Shown here: in pieces, positions 21,801-34,342 of the stretch
How the letters are laid out: the number at the start of each line of letters is the position of its first letter
How positions within the stretch are numbered: the first letter of the stretch is position 1
Translations under genes and position numbers: made by a program
Assembly (NCBI RefSeq): GCF_037042905.1
Contig: NC_087262.1
Span: 16,182,001-16,246,000, forward strand
Length of the DNA: 64,000 nucleotides
Reading direction: 5' to 3'
Origin: Lytechinus pictus
Lineage: Eukaryota
Notes under the pieces: generated by a model
What the model was told of the DNA's origin: nothing
Seen by the model: only the letters and a program-made list of their open reading frames with translations
Database searches by the model: none

Positions 21801-23346
21801 TTCCACAATGCGATGTTATACACTCAAAATTTTAAATTTTGATCCACGAACGTAAGCATAGGTTGCTGACCAGGGACGTTTCCTCATCCTACACACACAA
21901 CTTGAATTTAAAGGGGAAGTTAACCCTTAAGAAAAGTTTGTTGTAAAAAATTCCAGAAAATATCTTTGTGAAGGGTTGAGGAAAATCCATCAAAGATTAA
22001 GAAAGTCATATAAGAGTAGCTGCCCCATATGTTATATGCATAATTTTCATTTTTTTTATGGATCAAGATGACTAAAGGTGTTTTTCTTTCAGAAGCAGGT
22101 ATGAATTAATTTGTCTATTGATATATTGTAGGTACAATAGAAAAAATACCGTGACATTTTCAATTTTTTTTTGGAAAATGACATTTTATTGATATATGGG
22201 GAAGCTGCTCATAAGACGCCACTAAAAAAAAAAATATAGAATTCTAATAACTAGGGTGAACATCATACATTTATATATGAAACAGTTTGAAATGAGACAA
22301 GGAATTGATTAGTATGGCTATCTGGATTGGGGATGTTTCCAGTTGTGATTGGTAAAATGTAAAAAAAAGATGTCACCAGAAGTAGGTCATTACAAACTTA
22401 ACCCACACACAAATATGAAGCAAAACCACACATTAGAAACAATATTTACTCCTCAAGAAAGATAAATGTTGATTTTTCATGATTTTTTAATACATACAAT
22501 ATGTATCATGTAAGCAATGCTTTTATACAATGAAATATATATTGGAATACATTCCCATTTCATATATATAACAAATGTTTACAATCAAATATATATTACA
22601 CATGTACATTGTACAATCACCAATACACAATAAACTCCCAGTTAATATATAACACCTGTTTACAATAAAATATATGTACATGTATTCTTGTACATGAACA
22701 TTCTACTAGTAGACATAAACATTTGAATACCAAACACCAGTAGTGTCATAACGATGCATGCCTTACAAATAACAAATACTCTCGTACATACTTGACGAAA
22801 ATTTGACGATGTGCTCTTTGCAAGGAAAGACGGATCAAAAAGTTGACGGAAATCAATTAAATTTGATAGGAGTGTTCAGTATTTAACACAAACATTGAAG
22901 AAATATAATTTATCCATACGAATGAAACAAAATCCTACGGGAATGTGTACTTCTATAGCTTACCCCCCCCCCCCCACAAAAAAATGTCCTCGTTATAGCT
23001 TCAGACAATTACTAAATATATTACATGCACACTTAACCCAACACACTCCGAGCAATGCATTATTAAACTCAATTGAAGATGACTGACTTGCTCTGATTTG
23101 ATTGGATTAATTGTTTTACATTCCACAAAAACAGATACTCTTGATCAAATTAGAACATAATGACAATAATTACATTCAATGTTTTATAAACTAAAAAGAA
23201 TGACATGAAATAAGAGCAAATTCTTAAAAAGCATACCGTACGTGTAAACATAGATTCCCAGAAAAAATGAAATAATTGATTAGAAACTTGATGGTACTGA
23301 TGACGATGGAAAATGGCAAGTTAGAGCAGGAGGGTGGTTTGAATAT

Positions 23347-23423
23347 TTAGACTTGGTAGCTTCTGAACTTTTTAAGGACATCGTCTCCTTTCTCTCTCGA
23401 CCAGCTTGGCGGCACACCAGCAT
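23347..23423 (-). CDS. DNAJC12: DNAJC12 exon 4 (C-terminal client-binding motif)
   Basis: AGVPPSWSREKGDDVLKKFRSYQV*. Confidence 0.9.
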
Positions 23424-26400
23424 CTACAGTATCAGAAAATATAATATAAAAAGCAAAGGCAAAGGTTTATGTTAAACCAAGTTATCGCATTAAATACGGT
23501 AATCATGGAGTGTGACATTTGTAATAACATTATTTACAAAAGGACGGGACCACCACAATAGGCCCCTTAAAGGTTAAGTCCACCCCAACAAAAAATTGAT
23601 TTGAATAAAAAGAGAAAAATCCAACAAGCATAACACTGAAAATTTCATCAAAATTGGATACAAAATGAGAAAGTTATGACATTTTAAAGTTTCACTTAAT
23701 TTCACAAAACAGTTATAGGCACATCCTGATCGGTATGCAAATGAGACTGATGACGTCATCCACTCACTATTCCTTTTTGTATTTTATTATATTAAATACA
23801 AAATATTCTTATTTTCTCCTCATTGTCAAGTGAAACGGTGATTAATTCCTCCATGAACATGTTGAATTAGCATTGTTTAATACTTTATGGTTCAGTCAAG
23901 TTGGTCCTTATTGTCAAATCTGTAAAAAATGAAATATTGTATAATTCAAACATTAAAAAACAAAAGAAATAGTGAGTGAGGGACATCATCGACTGTCTCA
24001 TTTGCATGTCACTGAGTTGTGCATATCACTGTTTTGTGAACAATAAGCGAACTAAAATATGCCATAACTTTTTTTGTTTTACATTGGATTTTGATGAAAT
24101 TTTCAGCGTTACGCTAGTTTGATTTTTCTCTATTTTGATATTCAAATCTACATTTTTCTGGGGTGGATTTGCCCTTTAAATCTACGGATGGTCGAGTCAA
24201 CCTACCTGATGCTTCATATGAAGTGTAATTCCTTGATAATGATAGCAATAACATTAGTAATTCATATGGCACAATATCTATAGGCCTATACACTCTTCTG
24301 CTGCACTTACTGTACATACTGTTATCATTCTGGAAACAGCTGAGCTGCCATTATAAGCACTATCTATCATTCAAGGAATACATCTAGATCCCCCAGGAAC
24401 CCATTTACTTCACTAAGGTTAGGAATGGGTGCAGCACATTGTACAAGAATTTCTTGCTGAAGGATATTAAAACCTGGAGTGGGATTCAAACCCACAAGCC
24501 TCTAATTGAAGGATGAGAGCTGAAACCACCAAGCCATGATGTGATTTTCGAATAAATGGTATGTAAACATTCATTGACATAATTCAATGGGGAAGATACA
24601 TTGCTATATCGTCATCAAATAATCAAATACGTAATATAATTATTAAGCAGCCCTAATAGACAAAAATTGAAGGGGTACTCCAGGCTGAAAAGAATATGAT
24701 TTGAACAGATTAAAGTAAAATCAGAAAGATAAAACACTGAAAATATCCTCAAAATCAAACAAGGAAGATCAAAATTATGAACATTGAAGTTTTGTATTAT
24801 TTCGGTGAAACAATTCAATGAGCACACTGATGAGTGATGATGGTATTTATTATTTCATAAAATTTTATTTATTCAAATTTTGTCCACCATGAATGAAAAA
24901 AATTGTATTGACAACCGAATTAAAGTGCAAGATAATCATTGCTGCAACTTGCTTTGTTACAATTAAAACATATCATACACACATGTATGAAATATGAAAT
25001 ATTTACAATTTCTTGTAATAACATGTTAAAAGTAAAAGTGAGTACATGACATCATCAGCCCATCTATTGCATATTTATGATTACATGAAACTTGAATTCA
25101 ATAACTTTACTTGTTTTCAGATTTTGATGAAATTTCCAGCATTTCGCTTAGTGAATTTTACTCTATTTATTTAGATATAATTATTTTCAGCTTGGAGTAT
25201 CCCTTTACCTTTAAAGGGCAAATTCCATAAAATGTGTACATCCGACCCCATATATGTGGGATCTTCATGAAAATTTCTGTCTCTAATTTCTTGTTCTTTT
25301 GACAGTCTGCAATGTTCTCAAATGACCATGACTTGGTCAGTTCATGAAGTGAAGTAAGACTTAAGAAAAATGGGGGTCGGGCATACAAAAAGGTTGATTA
25401 TTTTATGGAATTGCCCAAAGGCTTTTCACATTACTTACAAGGGACTGATCCATCGGAAGAGTCAGTGCTGTGCCCAGGGCAACTTTGTGATGAGGTCGAC
25501 GATGTCTGTTGAAGTTGAGAACCATCCTCCAGCATAGGTTCTTTCTTCTTCTTCATTGCCCAATGCATTGTCTAATGAGAAGCAATAACAATTCAAACAA
25601 AAATAGTTAATAGTCAAACAATATGAATAATAAAATAGGAGTACATGCATATATAACGCAGTTACAGCAGATTCTCTACTGCACTTGATACTTGTTCAAT
25701 TTGTAACTCTGCCCCAAATTATTTATGTACCAATATTACACGTCAATTTAATTGAAAAATAATGATCAGCACTGGAGTAATTTTAAACCTGCGGTGAGCT
25801 GAGCCATTCTTCAAAAGGATTGGTAAAGAGTCAATATGGAAATAAATCTTACATACAAAGTTCAGAGACCATTATGTGGGCGCATCGTGGTCTAGTGGCT
25901 GTGGTTCTGACTCTCGCCTTTCAAACAGAGGGTCGTGGGTTCGAATCCTAGCCATGCATGTTTTCCTTCAGCAAGAAATTTATCCACACTGTGCTGCACT
26001 CGACTCAGGTGAGGTAAATGGGTACCGGCAGGAAGTAATTCCTCAAAAAGCTGTGTGCACCAGAATCGGTAGACTAGCTTAGCCGGGGTAATATAGGAGC
26101 GCCTTGAGCACCTAACAAGGTGGATATGTGCCCTTTACAAATCATATATTATTATTATCTTTTCACTTTTCAATAAGTTTTGTAATATTTTTTTATTACT
26201 CCTTTCATTGGATTTAGCGCCCTCTCTGGCTAATGTTTCTCATTTTAATGTTCCTGATTTTAAACAAGGCATTGTTTAAAATATTTGTGTCCTCCCCTGG
26301 TTATATTATTTAGCCAGTACCAAATACATAGATCTACCTAGTTATGATTAAAGGGGCACTTAAGTCGGAAATTAACTTAATTTGCATCACAAGAAAGTGA

Positions 26401-29400
26401 AACAGAAAAACAGTAAAAAGTTGAATTTTAATGAAATGTAAAGAAATTTATAAATACAGAATTTTCCAGAACAGTAATTATGTCCAAGAGTCTAATTGAG
26501 TGAATTGATCTAGAAAAAAAAACTTTTTAATAATTGCATAGCTTTATCACATATTTGTTCTTATTTTTTCAATGAAAGGTCTACTGTTTGGTTGAGTGCT
26601 ACTTTATTCAAATCAACTTGGTCCTAGGGTAGAATACTGCTTTATATTTTATACAAACCATGTGAACTGATCCTCTTGTAGCACACCATGCTTCGTAGGG
26701 AATAGACAGACCGCTCCGCCTCCAGAGGTCGTATTCATGCCGTAGTTTCTCGTCCGTCAGAGTGTCCCGTGCCTGCTGGAGCTTTTGGAACTTTGCAACA
26801 GCATGGGGATCATCAGGACGTTTGTCTGGGTGCACTTCTAGAACTCGGACCTTGAATTCGGCATTAATCTGCTCCGTCTGGTGAAAGGACAGAGAAGAGC
26901 AGGGGCTTGTTTATTAATGGGGGTGTTCACTCAATAATTCAACCCAAAACCCCCAGAAACATACTAACAAAGCTTTGGCTAAAGTAACTGATAAATCCAT
27001 TAAAAACAAAACGAATTATAGACTTCTAAATATTTACTTTGTGATGTCAGTCACATGCTGCTAGCGCATTTGATATTAATTCCATTTTCTCAAAAAATTA
27101 GCATGATTTACATACAGACTACTGGAATGTAATTGGAATCCAATAAGAGGTCAAAGTTTCTCCCTACCTTTTAATAAAGTTCTCTATTTGAATAATTTGT
27201 TTAAAATTACAATTTGCATTAAATTTAAAACAGGTTTAGAGCTAGCAGAGTTGGGAAGAATGGTAGTATTACATGCAACATCTCTCTGCATTTCTGCATA
27301 ATTAAAATCCAGCTAATTTTGCAATCAAAATTCAATCAAATTTTTGCTTCCCATATTCACATATATAGATCTACATCACAACTATTAAACAGCTTTGTGA
27401 AACTCGTCCCAGATGTGAGAGAAGTCATGGAAATAAAAGTAAACTTCTTTTCAATCTCAAAGTCATACTGGGATGAAAATAAGATGAATATCATTATATG
27501 AATCTATTTCACTTTCATCATGCTAACTAGCAATTTCCCATTTGAAAGAGATGGCCTTCTCCGCTTCTGAAAACCAGGGGTGGAATTCTAAGATCCATTT
27601 TATCTCAGATAAAATAAAATATTTTATCTCCATTAAAATCAGTGACATAAAATACCCTTAAAATCTCTCAGAATTCGTAATCTGAGAACAATTTTATCTT
27701 TATTTTATCTCTGTAAGGGAGTGTAAGACACCTATTTTTTAATCAATATCCAATGAGAAATGTGCTTTTATAGCTCTCTCATCTCACTCAACCAATGGAA
27801 ATCCATTCCGCCAGGGGGTGTGGCAAAAAAGTGAGATTGCTTCAATTTATGACTTCAAATACTCTTGCACGTTTGAAAAACGAAAATACTCTCATTTTTT
27901 TTTTCGAAGTCTGTATCACATCTTCTCAAGCATCATTTCAATCGCTAATCTTTTTGTTATGGGGCCATGTGGATCTAATTCTGGTTGTTGTAAATTGTCT
28001 TGGGTCAAGTCGGCATAAGGCCAGGGACGAATGTCAACTTTACCATTCTATTATTTCCTGAGAAAAACCATCGAATCATTTGATTGTTCGTCGGGAGTCA
28101 CGTCTTCTAAGCCAATAGTTGACCTACTTCGAAGACCTCCCAAACAGGGTTTTTCAATCATAGAACATCTAGGGTAGAGTATATCTGTTCCTCATAAATG
28201 AAATTAAGCCTTTTATTCCCCCTTCTCTTTGATTTCTATTTCAAAACAAACTATAAGAAATGATATTAAAACTTTCACTTTATTGTTCCAATGAAAAATG
28301 TATCCTAAATCAATTATGCTTGTATTATGCAATCCTCCAAGTGCATCCCTGCACATGAATGAATCAGCCTAGTCTTGGGTCCAATTTTTGTCTCTGTAAA
28401 CAACTCATTCATGAAGTATTCTTTGAGACAGACACGCATGTGGTGGCTTTTACTTATTGAAAAATTTCATCCATTGCCCACACCATGCCCCAACCCCCAC
28501 CTGTGGCACTGCCAACGATGTTAAAAATATTTTTCATTTGAAGTATCTTTCAAAATTACAATTTTTTATCATTTGAACCTATAATTGGGTCTATTTTATA
28601 ATTTTGGGAGACTTGTCGACATCTGGAATTGGGTGATCATGATGGCGCGTGTTTGAATGTTATTTTGATTGTTTGAGTGGGGGAGGTGCGGGGGCTAAAA
28701 GAGATTGCATTGTTCTGAAAGCAAGCCATTCGATCAATCGATGTTTACTCCCAGGCCTATAGTCGGCATGCAAGCTTAAGTGTAACTTAAAATTATAGAT
28801 CCTGACCGTTATGGAACCCGACTTATGGATCCTCCTGAGTATCATCGTAGAAGTAGACATTGGCGGCGGAAGCCAAACATTTTAGGGGGGACCACAAAAT
28901 TTTTGTGACAAGCAAAAAAAAAAAGATTATCAACCAAAAATTTTAGGGGGGACGCAGAAAAAAAAATTGACAAGCAAAAAAAAAAAAAAAAAAAGGTTAT
29001 CAACAAAAAATTTAGGGGGATCGTCCCCCCCACTTAAAATTTAGGGGGGGACATGTCCCCCCCGCTTCCGCCGCCTATGGAAGTAGATCTACTCTGTAAC
29101 TTTGTTCAAACTTGTTACTTGATCCATGGCAATTTCGTCATTGATCTCGAGACTAGACCTTGGCTTTATTCATTAAGGGGCCGTTTCATAAAGCTGTTCT
29201 TGACTTAATCCTTTCTTACGTGCTAAACCAAACCATCGCCAAACCATAAGAAAGGATCACCAGTTTAGCAGTTATTCTATAACTTAGTTTAAGTACTTTA
29301 AAGTCGCTGAGTCTTAACTTACGAACAGCTTTGACACACCTAGACAGCTGGCAGCCGTCTGTTTCGAGGAGTTTTTTAACATTTTATTTTTTTTTAAATT

Positions 29401-29937
29401 TCTCCTCATACACAGACGGCTCGCTAGCGTGCAGCCACCATTAGGGGACTTGCAATGCAAAATCCCCCCGTCGGGGCTCTTCAATTTTTGTCTTTAATTA
29501 GTAAAAATTTTGAAAATTCACGCGACCAAAATGCAAATTAATATTCCCTCTTGGCATCAATTGCCAAAAAACAGAGAAAAATCAAGTTAAAAGGAACAAA
29601 AACAGTGACTTACCTCGGCTGTCGCGCAAATTCACTTTCCCGTTTTATCCGATCTTAAGTACATAAACATATGGCCATTGAGTCCCCTGTACAGATCGCG
29701 CTAGAACTTCGGTCTCTGTATTTGGTGAGTGAAGCCAACGGAGTTCAGCTGAACAACCAACATAACAGAGACCGAAGCTTTTGGTCTATGACACACCCAC
29801 CTGGCCCAGACTATATTATGGGAGTAATTGGCCTGAAAAGAGAAGGAACAACTCACTGTTGACAATTCATCACATCCAAGCAGCACGTAATAATCATCTT
29901 CTGCCTTCTTCTCATCATTCAGTATCGCATCCATCAT
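23347..29937 (-). CDS. DNAJC12: DnaJ homolog subfamily C member 12 (JDP1), 169 aa; exons 29937-29857, 26877-26659, 25571-25439, 23423-23347
   Basis: MMDAILNDEKKAEDDYYVLLGCDELST/TEQINAEFKVRVLEVHPDKRPDDPHAVAKFQKLQQARDTLTDEKLRHEYDLWRRSGLSIPYEAWCATRGSVHM/TMHWAMKKKKEPMLE.../...WSREKGDDVLKKFRSYQV*. J-domain HPD; matches the DNAJC12 hallmarks MDAILN, LLGCDELS, MHW and C-terminal KFRxYxI/V; phases consistent (81+219+133+77 nt). Confidence 0.95.
23571..24175. mobile_element. Kolobok-like MITE
   Basis: TTAA|AGGTTAAGTCCACCCC ... GGGGTGGATTTGCCCT|TTAA. Confidence 0.85.
24671..25204. mobile_element. Kolobok-like MITE (relative of 3888-5028)
   Basis: AGGGGTACTCCAGGCTG ... CAGCTTGGAGTATCCCT. Confidence 0.7.
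25439..25571 (-). CDS. DNAJC12: DNAJC12 exon 3
   Basis: TMHWAMKKKKEPMLED...SVP; donor GTAAGT. Confidence 0.9.
25878..26158 (+). mobile_element. tRNA-derived SINE
   Basis: A/B boxes, CACTCGACTCAGGTG...AATGGGTACC core, (ATT)n tail. Confidence 0.85.
26659..26877 (-). CDS. DNAJC12: DNAJC12 exon 2 (J-domain HPD)
   Basis: CAG acceptor; HPDK motif; donor ATG|GTTTGT. Confidence 0.93.
28858..29079. mobile_element. hAT-like MITE, 8-bp TSD GAAGTAGA
   Basis: TIR CATTGGCGGCGGAAGC / GCTTCCGCCGCCTATG; perfect TSD at 28850-28857 and 29080-29087. Confidence 0.88.
29857..29937 (-). CDS. DNAJC12: DNAJC12 coding exon 1
   Basis: MMDAILN...GCDELST; donor GTGAGT. Confidence 0.93.
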
Positions 29938-30355
29938 TTGCGTGTCTTCACGTCGCGTCTTCAGTTCAATTCACTTTCAGACGAACAGCAGCAGCTAGCC
30001 TTAGCAGCCAGCGCCAGTGGGAGAAGAGAGTGTAGTTGACAAGTTCACCCAGCCGGAACTCCAGGGGATGTAGACAACAGACCTGCCGCTGGCATCGCCT
30101 GCTGCACGGGAAGCTTGAATTGAAATTAGTATTGACGAAATGTAACAGGACTGCGGTAATCAAAGTACCTGAAAATTCCTGCAAAAGTACGAACTGGACA
30201 TTTATAGGTGCACGTTATTTGAAAATACTCGCATAGACGTGAAAGAGTACATCATAAACTATATAGTCTTGTTTGATCGTCTTGAACCTCCAATCCTCTA
30301 CCCACTTGTTGCACGTTATTGGTGCTGTTCCAGGTTAAGGTTCAAGGTGCATATG

Positions 30356-30390
30356 CACGTGCGTGACGTGAGGGACTCGATGTGACGTGA
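30356..30390. promoter_or_regulatory. DNAJC12 upstream cluster: CACGTG plus two TGACGTGA (UPRE/CRE-like)
   Basis: CACGTG 30356-30361; TGACGTGA 30364-30371 and 30383-30390. Confidence 0.5.
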
Positions 30391-30749
30391 TTCAATAGAA
30401 AAAAAAAAGGCTAAATTGAAGAATGCTAAATATTTTTATATTGGAAAAGACAAAATAAACTGCTATACAATAAATGAATGGGACTCACTAGCTGGTTCAA
30501 ATCGATCTATTCCATTTATTGGTATTTTATATTTTTCAAACCAAAATTTCACTTTTACTATTTAGTTCGCAAACTTTAACAAACTCACAATTTTTCATGT
30601 GGCCCCTGATATGATATGACTATATATATTTCCTTAACCTTATATTGAAAATCTAGGAATTATCCCTCAATTTTCCTTTTAGAGATGGATCAGGTGAATA
30701 CTTTTTCCCTGTCTCTCTTTATTTCTATAAATAGGGTTGGCTATATAGC

Positions 30750-31120
30750 TGGCCAGGGGGGGGGGGGGGGGACCCAGTCTTATTATTGGCATGTGACTAT
30801 CATTTGTTTTGGTGTCACCCGTGCCCGAGACAAAAAGTGAACTGAATCAGTACAGGTCTCTCCTACTGATTGGGGATCGAGGGAAGGTGGACCACTACAC
30901 CAGGGTTTCCCCCTACTCTTGTAGTGCCAAGGTATCAGTGTGGCGACTCTCCTCTACACAGGGCATATAGCGTCCTATCCGAGGGACAGAGTGTTTTCCA
31001 CTAGCTGTAATTCATTACTTGCATCTATGAAGCATACTATAGAGACGTTTACACACAGCCATCCACCCGGTGACTCGAACCCACGATCATGATGGGCAGA
31101 CATGTATACTGACTGAGCCA
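30750..31120 (-). mobile_element. tRNA-derived SINE (degenerate)
   Basis: Reverse-strand TGGCTCAGTCAG A box and GGTTCGAGTC B box near 31070-31120. Confidence 0.55.
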
Positions 31121-33149
31121 TGCAACTTCATTCATTTCATCCTATTTTCCTTTCTTCTCAGTCTCCTCTTCCCACTCTCTATAAACTATCCCTCTCATTC
31201 TACCCTACTCACTCCACTGAACACATAGCTCACTCAGATCAATCCCTCGATCCAAACTCTCCTCATCCCCTACCACACCTAGTTCTTCACCCCCGCTTCA
31301 ATATATTTAAGTATAAAAAGCTTCATTCACTGGGTACGTGAAGGAAGATACATAGTCTCACTGCCACAACAGGGAGAAAACTTGCTTCTCACTTCATTAC
31401 ACCTTATTGCTTTTAAAGACAACCAAACACTACAACTAAATCAAAGTTAAAATATTTAGTATTTCCATTGTCCCTCCAAAAGTGTAGAACTTGGTTTGAA
31501 TTTATGTTTTGGTGGTATTTCAGTGGAGTCGGAGATCCTTCGCAAATCCACGAAATATGTACTTTTATATATCTTATTCATAAAATATTTGGCATCATTC
31601 TATATCTCTAACTCAGACTCCACTGAGGATGAGGCCTACAACTGATTTGTGAAAATAAGCAAAACTTCAAAATGCAATAATTTTCTTATGCCAATACCTA
31701 AGACCACTGTAATTCATCAACTTCTTAATGGGCTCAACCTAACCTTTGATAGCATTGTAATGGCCCCTAGCTCTGTCAACTGAGAGCTCAGGTAATATTG
31801 TAAGATTATCTTATATAGCCCCTTCTAAAAACAACTTTCCAGGTTGATTAAATGAGAACAAATGCACACCAAAATATAATACTTACTCTTTTAATGCTAA
31901 GTGAAAAAAATATCTGTAACATTTTGGAGTTTATTACATTCCTTTTTGATAATTACATCATTCTAATTGATATTCATCACAATTTGGGGAAGCTGACTCT
32001 AATTGTTGATCTTGAATTGTTTATTCATCTCATATTTCTATTTTACTAAATTTAAAATATTCTTAGCTGATCAGGTTTGAAAAATTCAAGGAATATAGTT
32101 TTAGCAATATTCAATATAATAATCAATATTTATTTGATGCATCATGTTTGTACATTGAAAATTTTCCTTTGTTTATACAATGTTCTGAAACTAAACAATT
32201 AAATCTAATCTCAATCAGAATTATACAAATAACTGGAGAACAAATGGGGGCCTACCATTTTGATAGGCATGCATGCATAGCATTATAGGTGCTCACTTAA
32301 ATATATTTACGCTAAGTCAGTTGTGCACAGAAAAATTGCATAGATAAAAATACATAAATATATTATTTAAACTTTCAATGGCATTGGGGTGATTTGATTT
32401 ACTGTTATGCCTAAAATTTTAGTAATTTGGACCAATCGAACCACATAAAACTGATTCTATCTCAATACAGTGAAATCAATATTAGTTGTAACAGAATCAT
32501 CCCAATACACTTGAAATAATTTTCACAAAGCTGAATGAAAATACTGGACGGAGAATAGATATTAGCACAAAAATGAACACTTACATAGCAACAATAATTA
32601 TATATTCATAAAACATAGGATTAAAACATTAAATAAAACCACAAAAAATCATAAATTTAAAATATACCCGGTAATCATTTCTATCACTGATGTGTTATTC
32701 GATGCTAGAAAAAAAGGTTCTCTGCTTTTTAATTTTTTTCATAAATATGGGTTTAAAAATGTACGGGAACAAAGAGAGTAGGTGTACATAAGATGAATTG
32801 TGAAAGGTCATTTGCTCCCTAAAAACTTCAAAGGTAAAAAATATTTTATTTCCCTTTTTTTTCAAACTAAGCTCTTTCATACTATATATCGAGATACGTA
32901 CCACTACAGTTACCACTATTTGTATGGTGGTGAAATGTGTAATATAACGGAGCAATGAATCTTGGGATGACATTCTGAAAACATTTCTACTTTTAACCAT
33001 TCAATGGTGTTTATGTAGATTATTCTAGATAATCCTATCATTTGACTTGGGATATGTTCCAGTCCGATCAAAGTGGTTTTGGATCTTATAATGTAGAGTC
33101 TTCACCCTTCGTGAGTATATATTCCCCCGGCCTTCAGATGACAGACCAG

Positions 33150-33418
33150 GGCCCTGTCTTACAAAGAGTTATGATTGATCCAATCAATCGTAACTCTATG
33201 GAAATCCATCAGTGTCATAATTTTTTCTACAGGAAATTTGCAAAATGTCTTTTGTAAACAAAGGAAATCACACAAACTTGTCAAGAAATCAATGACTTTA
33301 TGGATATACACTCATATCTAGAAAATTTTAAAACAAACAGCATTTAATATGTTGACTTTGCTGGCTTTCCATAGTTGCGATTGATCAGATCAATCACAAC
33401 TCTTCGTAAGAAGGGCTC
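33150..33418. mobile_element. PIF/Harbinger-like MITE (second subfamily), TSD CAG
   Basis: CAG|GGCCCTGTCTTACAAAGAGTT ... AACTCTTCGTAAGAAGGGCTC|CAG; relatives near 15050-15285 and 39790-40038. Confidence 0.75.
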
Positions 33419-34155
33419 CAGGCCTTCGATCTAATACATCTTTGAAATGAGGATTCCAGCTTGTTTATCAAACACCACTCATGAACAGTTAACACATTTG
33501 TTTTCAGAATACCATACAAAGCAGTGCTCCATTTAGTGCTTTCCAAATACTGAAACTTGAATATAAGAAGCCACACATACAAGTAATCATAATGCAGACA
33601 TTGAATGTTTTCCATCGTTTCTCTTCAGAAAGAGCCTATAATTAAGCAAATGGATAACACTGGTTTCTATAGAGATTTGTACACATCTCTACAGAAATTA
33701 TACAGACAATAACTTGAATTGGTTTTTGCCACATTTTCACTGGAACAAGGTTAAATCGCTATAGCAACCAGGGAACTCTTAATGACCAGTGATCCAAGAC
33801 CAGGGACCCATTAAACAAAGCTCAGTAATTGATTGTAGATCAAGGTTTTACGATTGATTGTATTGACCACAAAATAAAATCAATCATGAAAGTTGACCAT
33901 ACAATCAGTCGTAAGGCTACAACTAGAATAGTTAAGTGTTTGGGAGCATTTCATGAAATAATTCAGTCAGTGGTCTTCATTGACTATTGTTAAAAGTCAC
34001 TGAAAATCCTCGAAATTGATTGGCTTAGAGCAAAGTAATCAGTGAAAATCACTGAACTATTTTCTCATGAAACACTCCCCATGGATGGATCCCTGCATCC
34101 AGGACCAAAGACGGCACCGAGCCGAGAGATGAAGAAAAGAATGATGGCTAAATAA

Positions 34156-34342
34156 TCAGTTATACTGGGGATCGATGAAGAACTTGGCATCCCCTCGATA
34201 CAAGCCTCGATCCCTGAGAATCTTAGACTTTTGGGCGTGGTCCCGGAGAAGATCCTTGAGCATGTCGTCTTTTTCCTTCTGGTCCATCTTCGCGATGAGG
34301 TCATCGTGCCATGTTCTCTCGCTAACCAGCCTCTGGATTGTT
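34156..34342 (-). CDS. Orphan gene exon 3
   Basis: TIQRLVSERTW...FFIDPQYN* (part of ORF 34156..34413). Confidence 0.85.
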
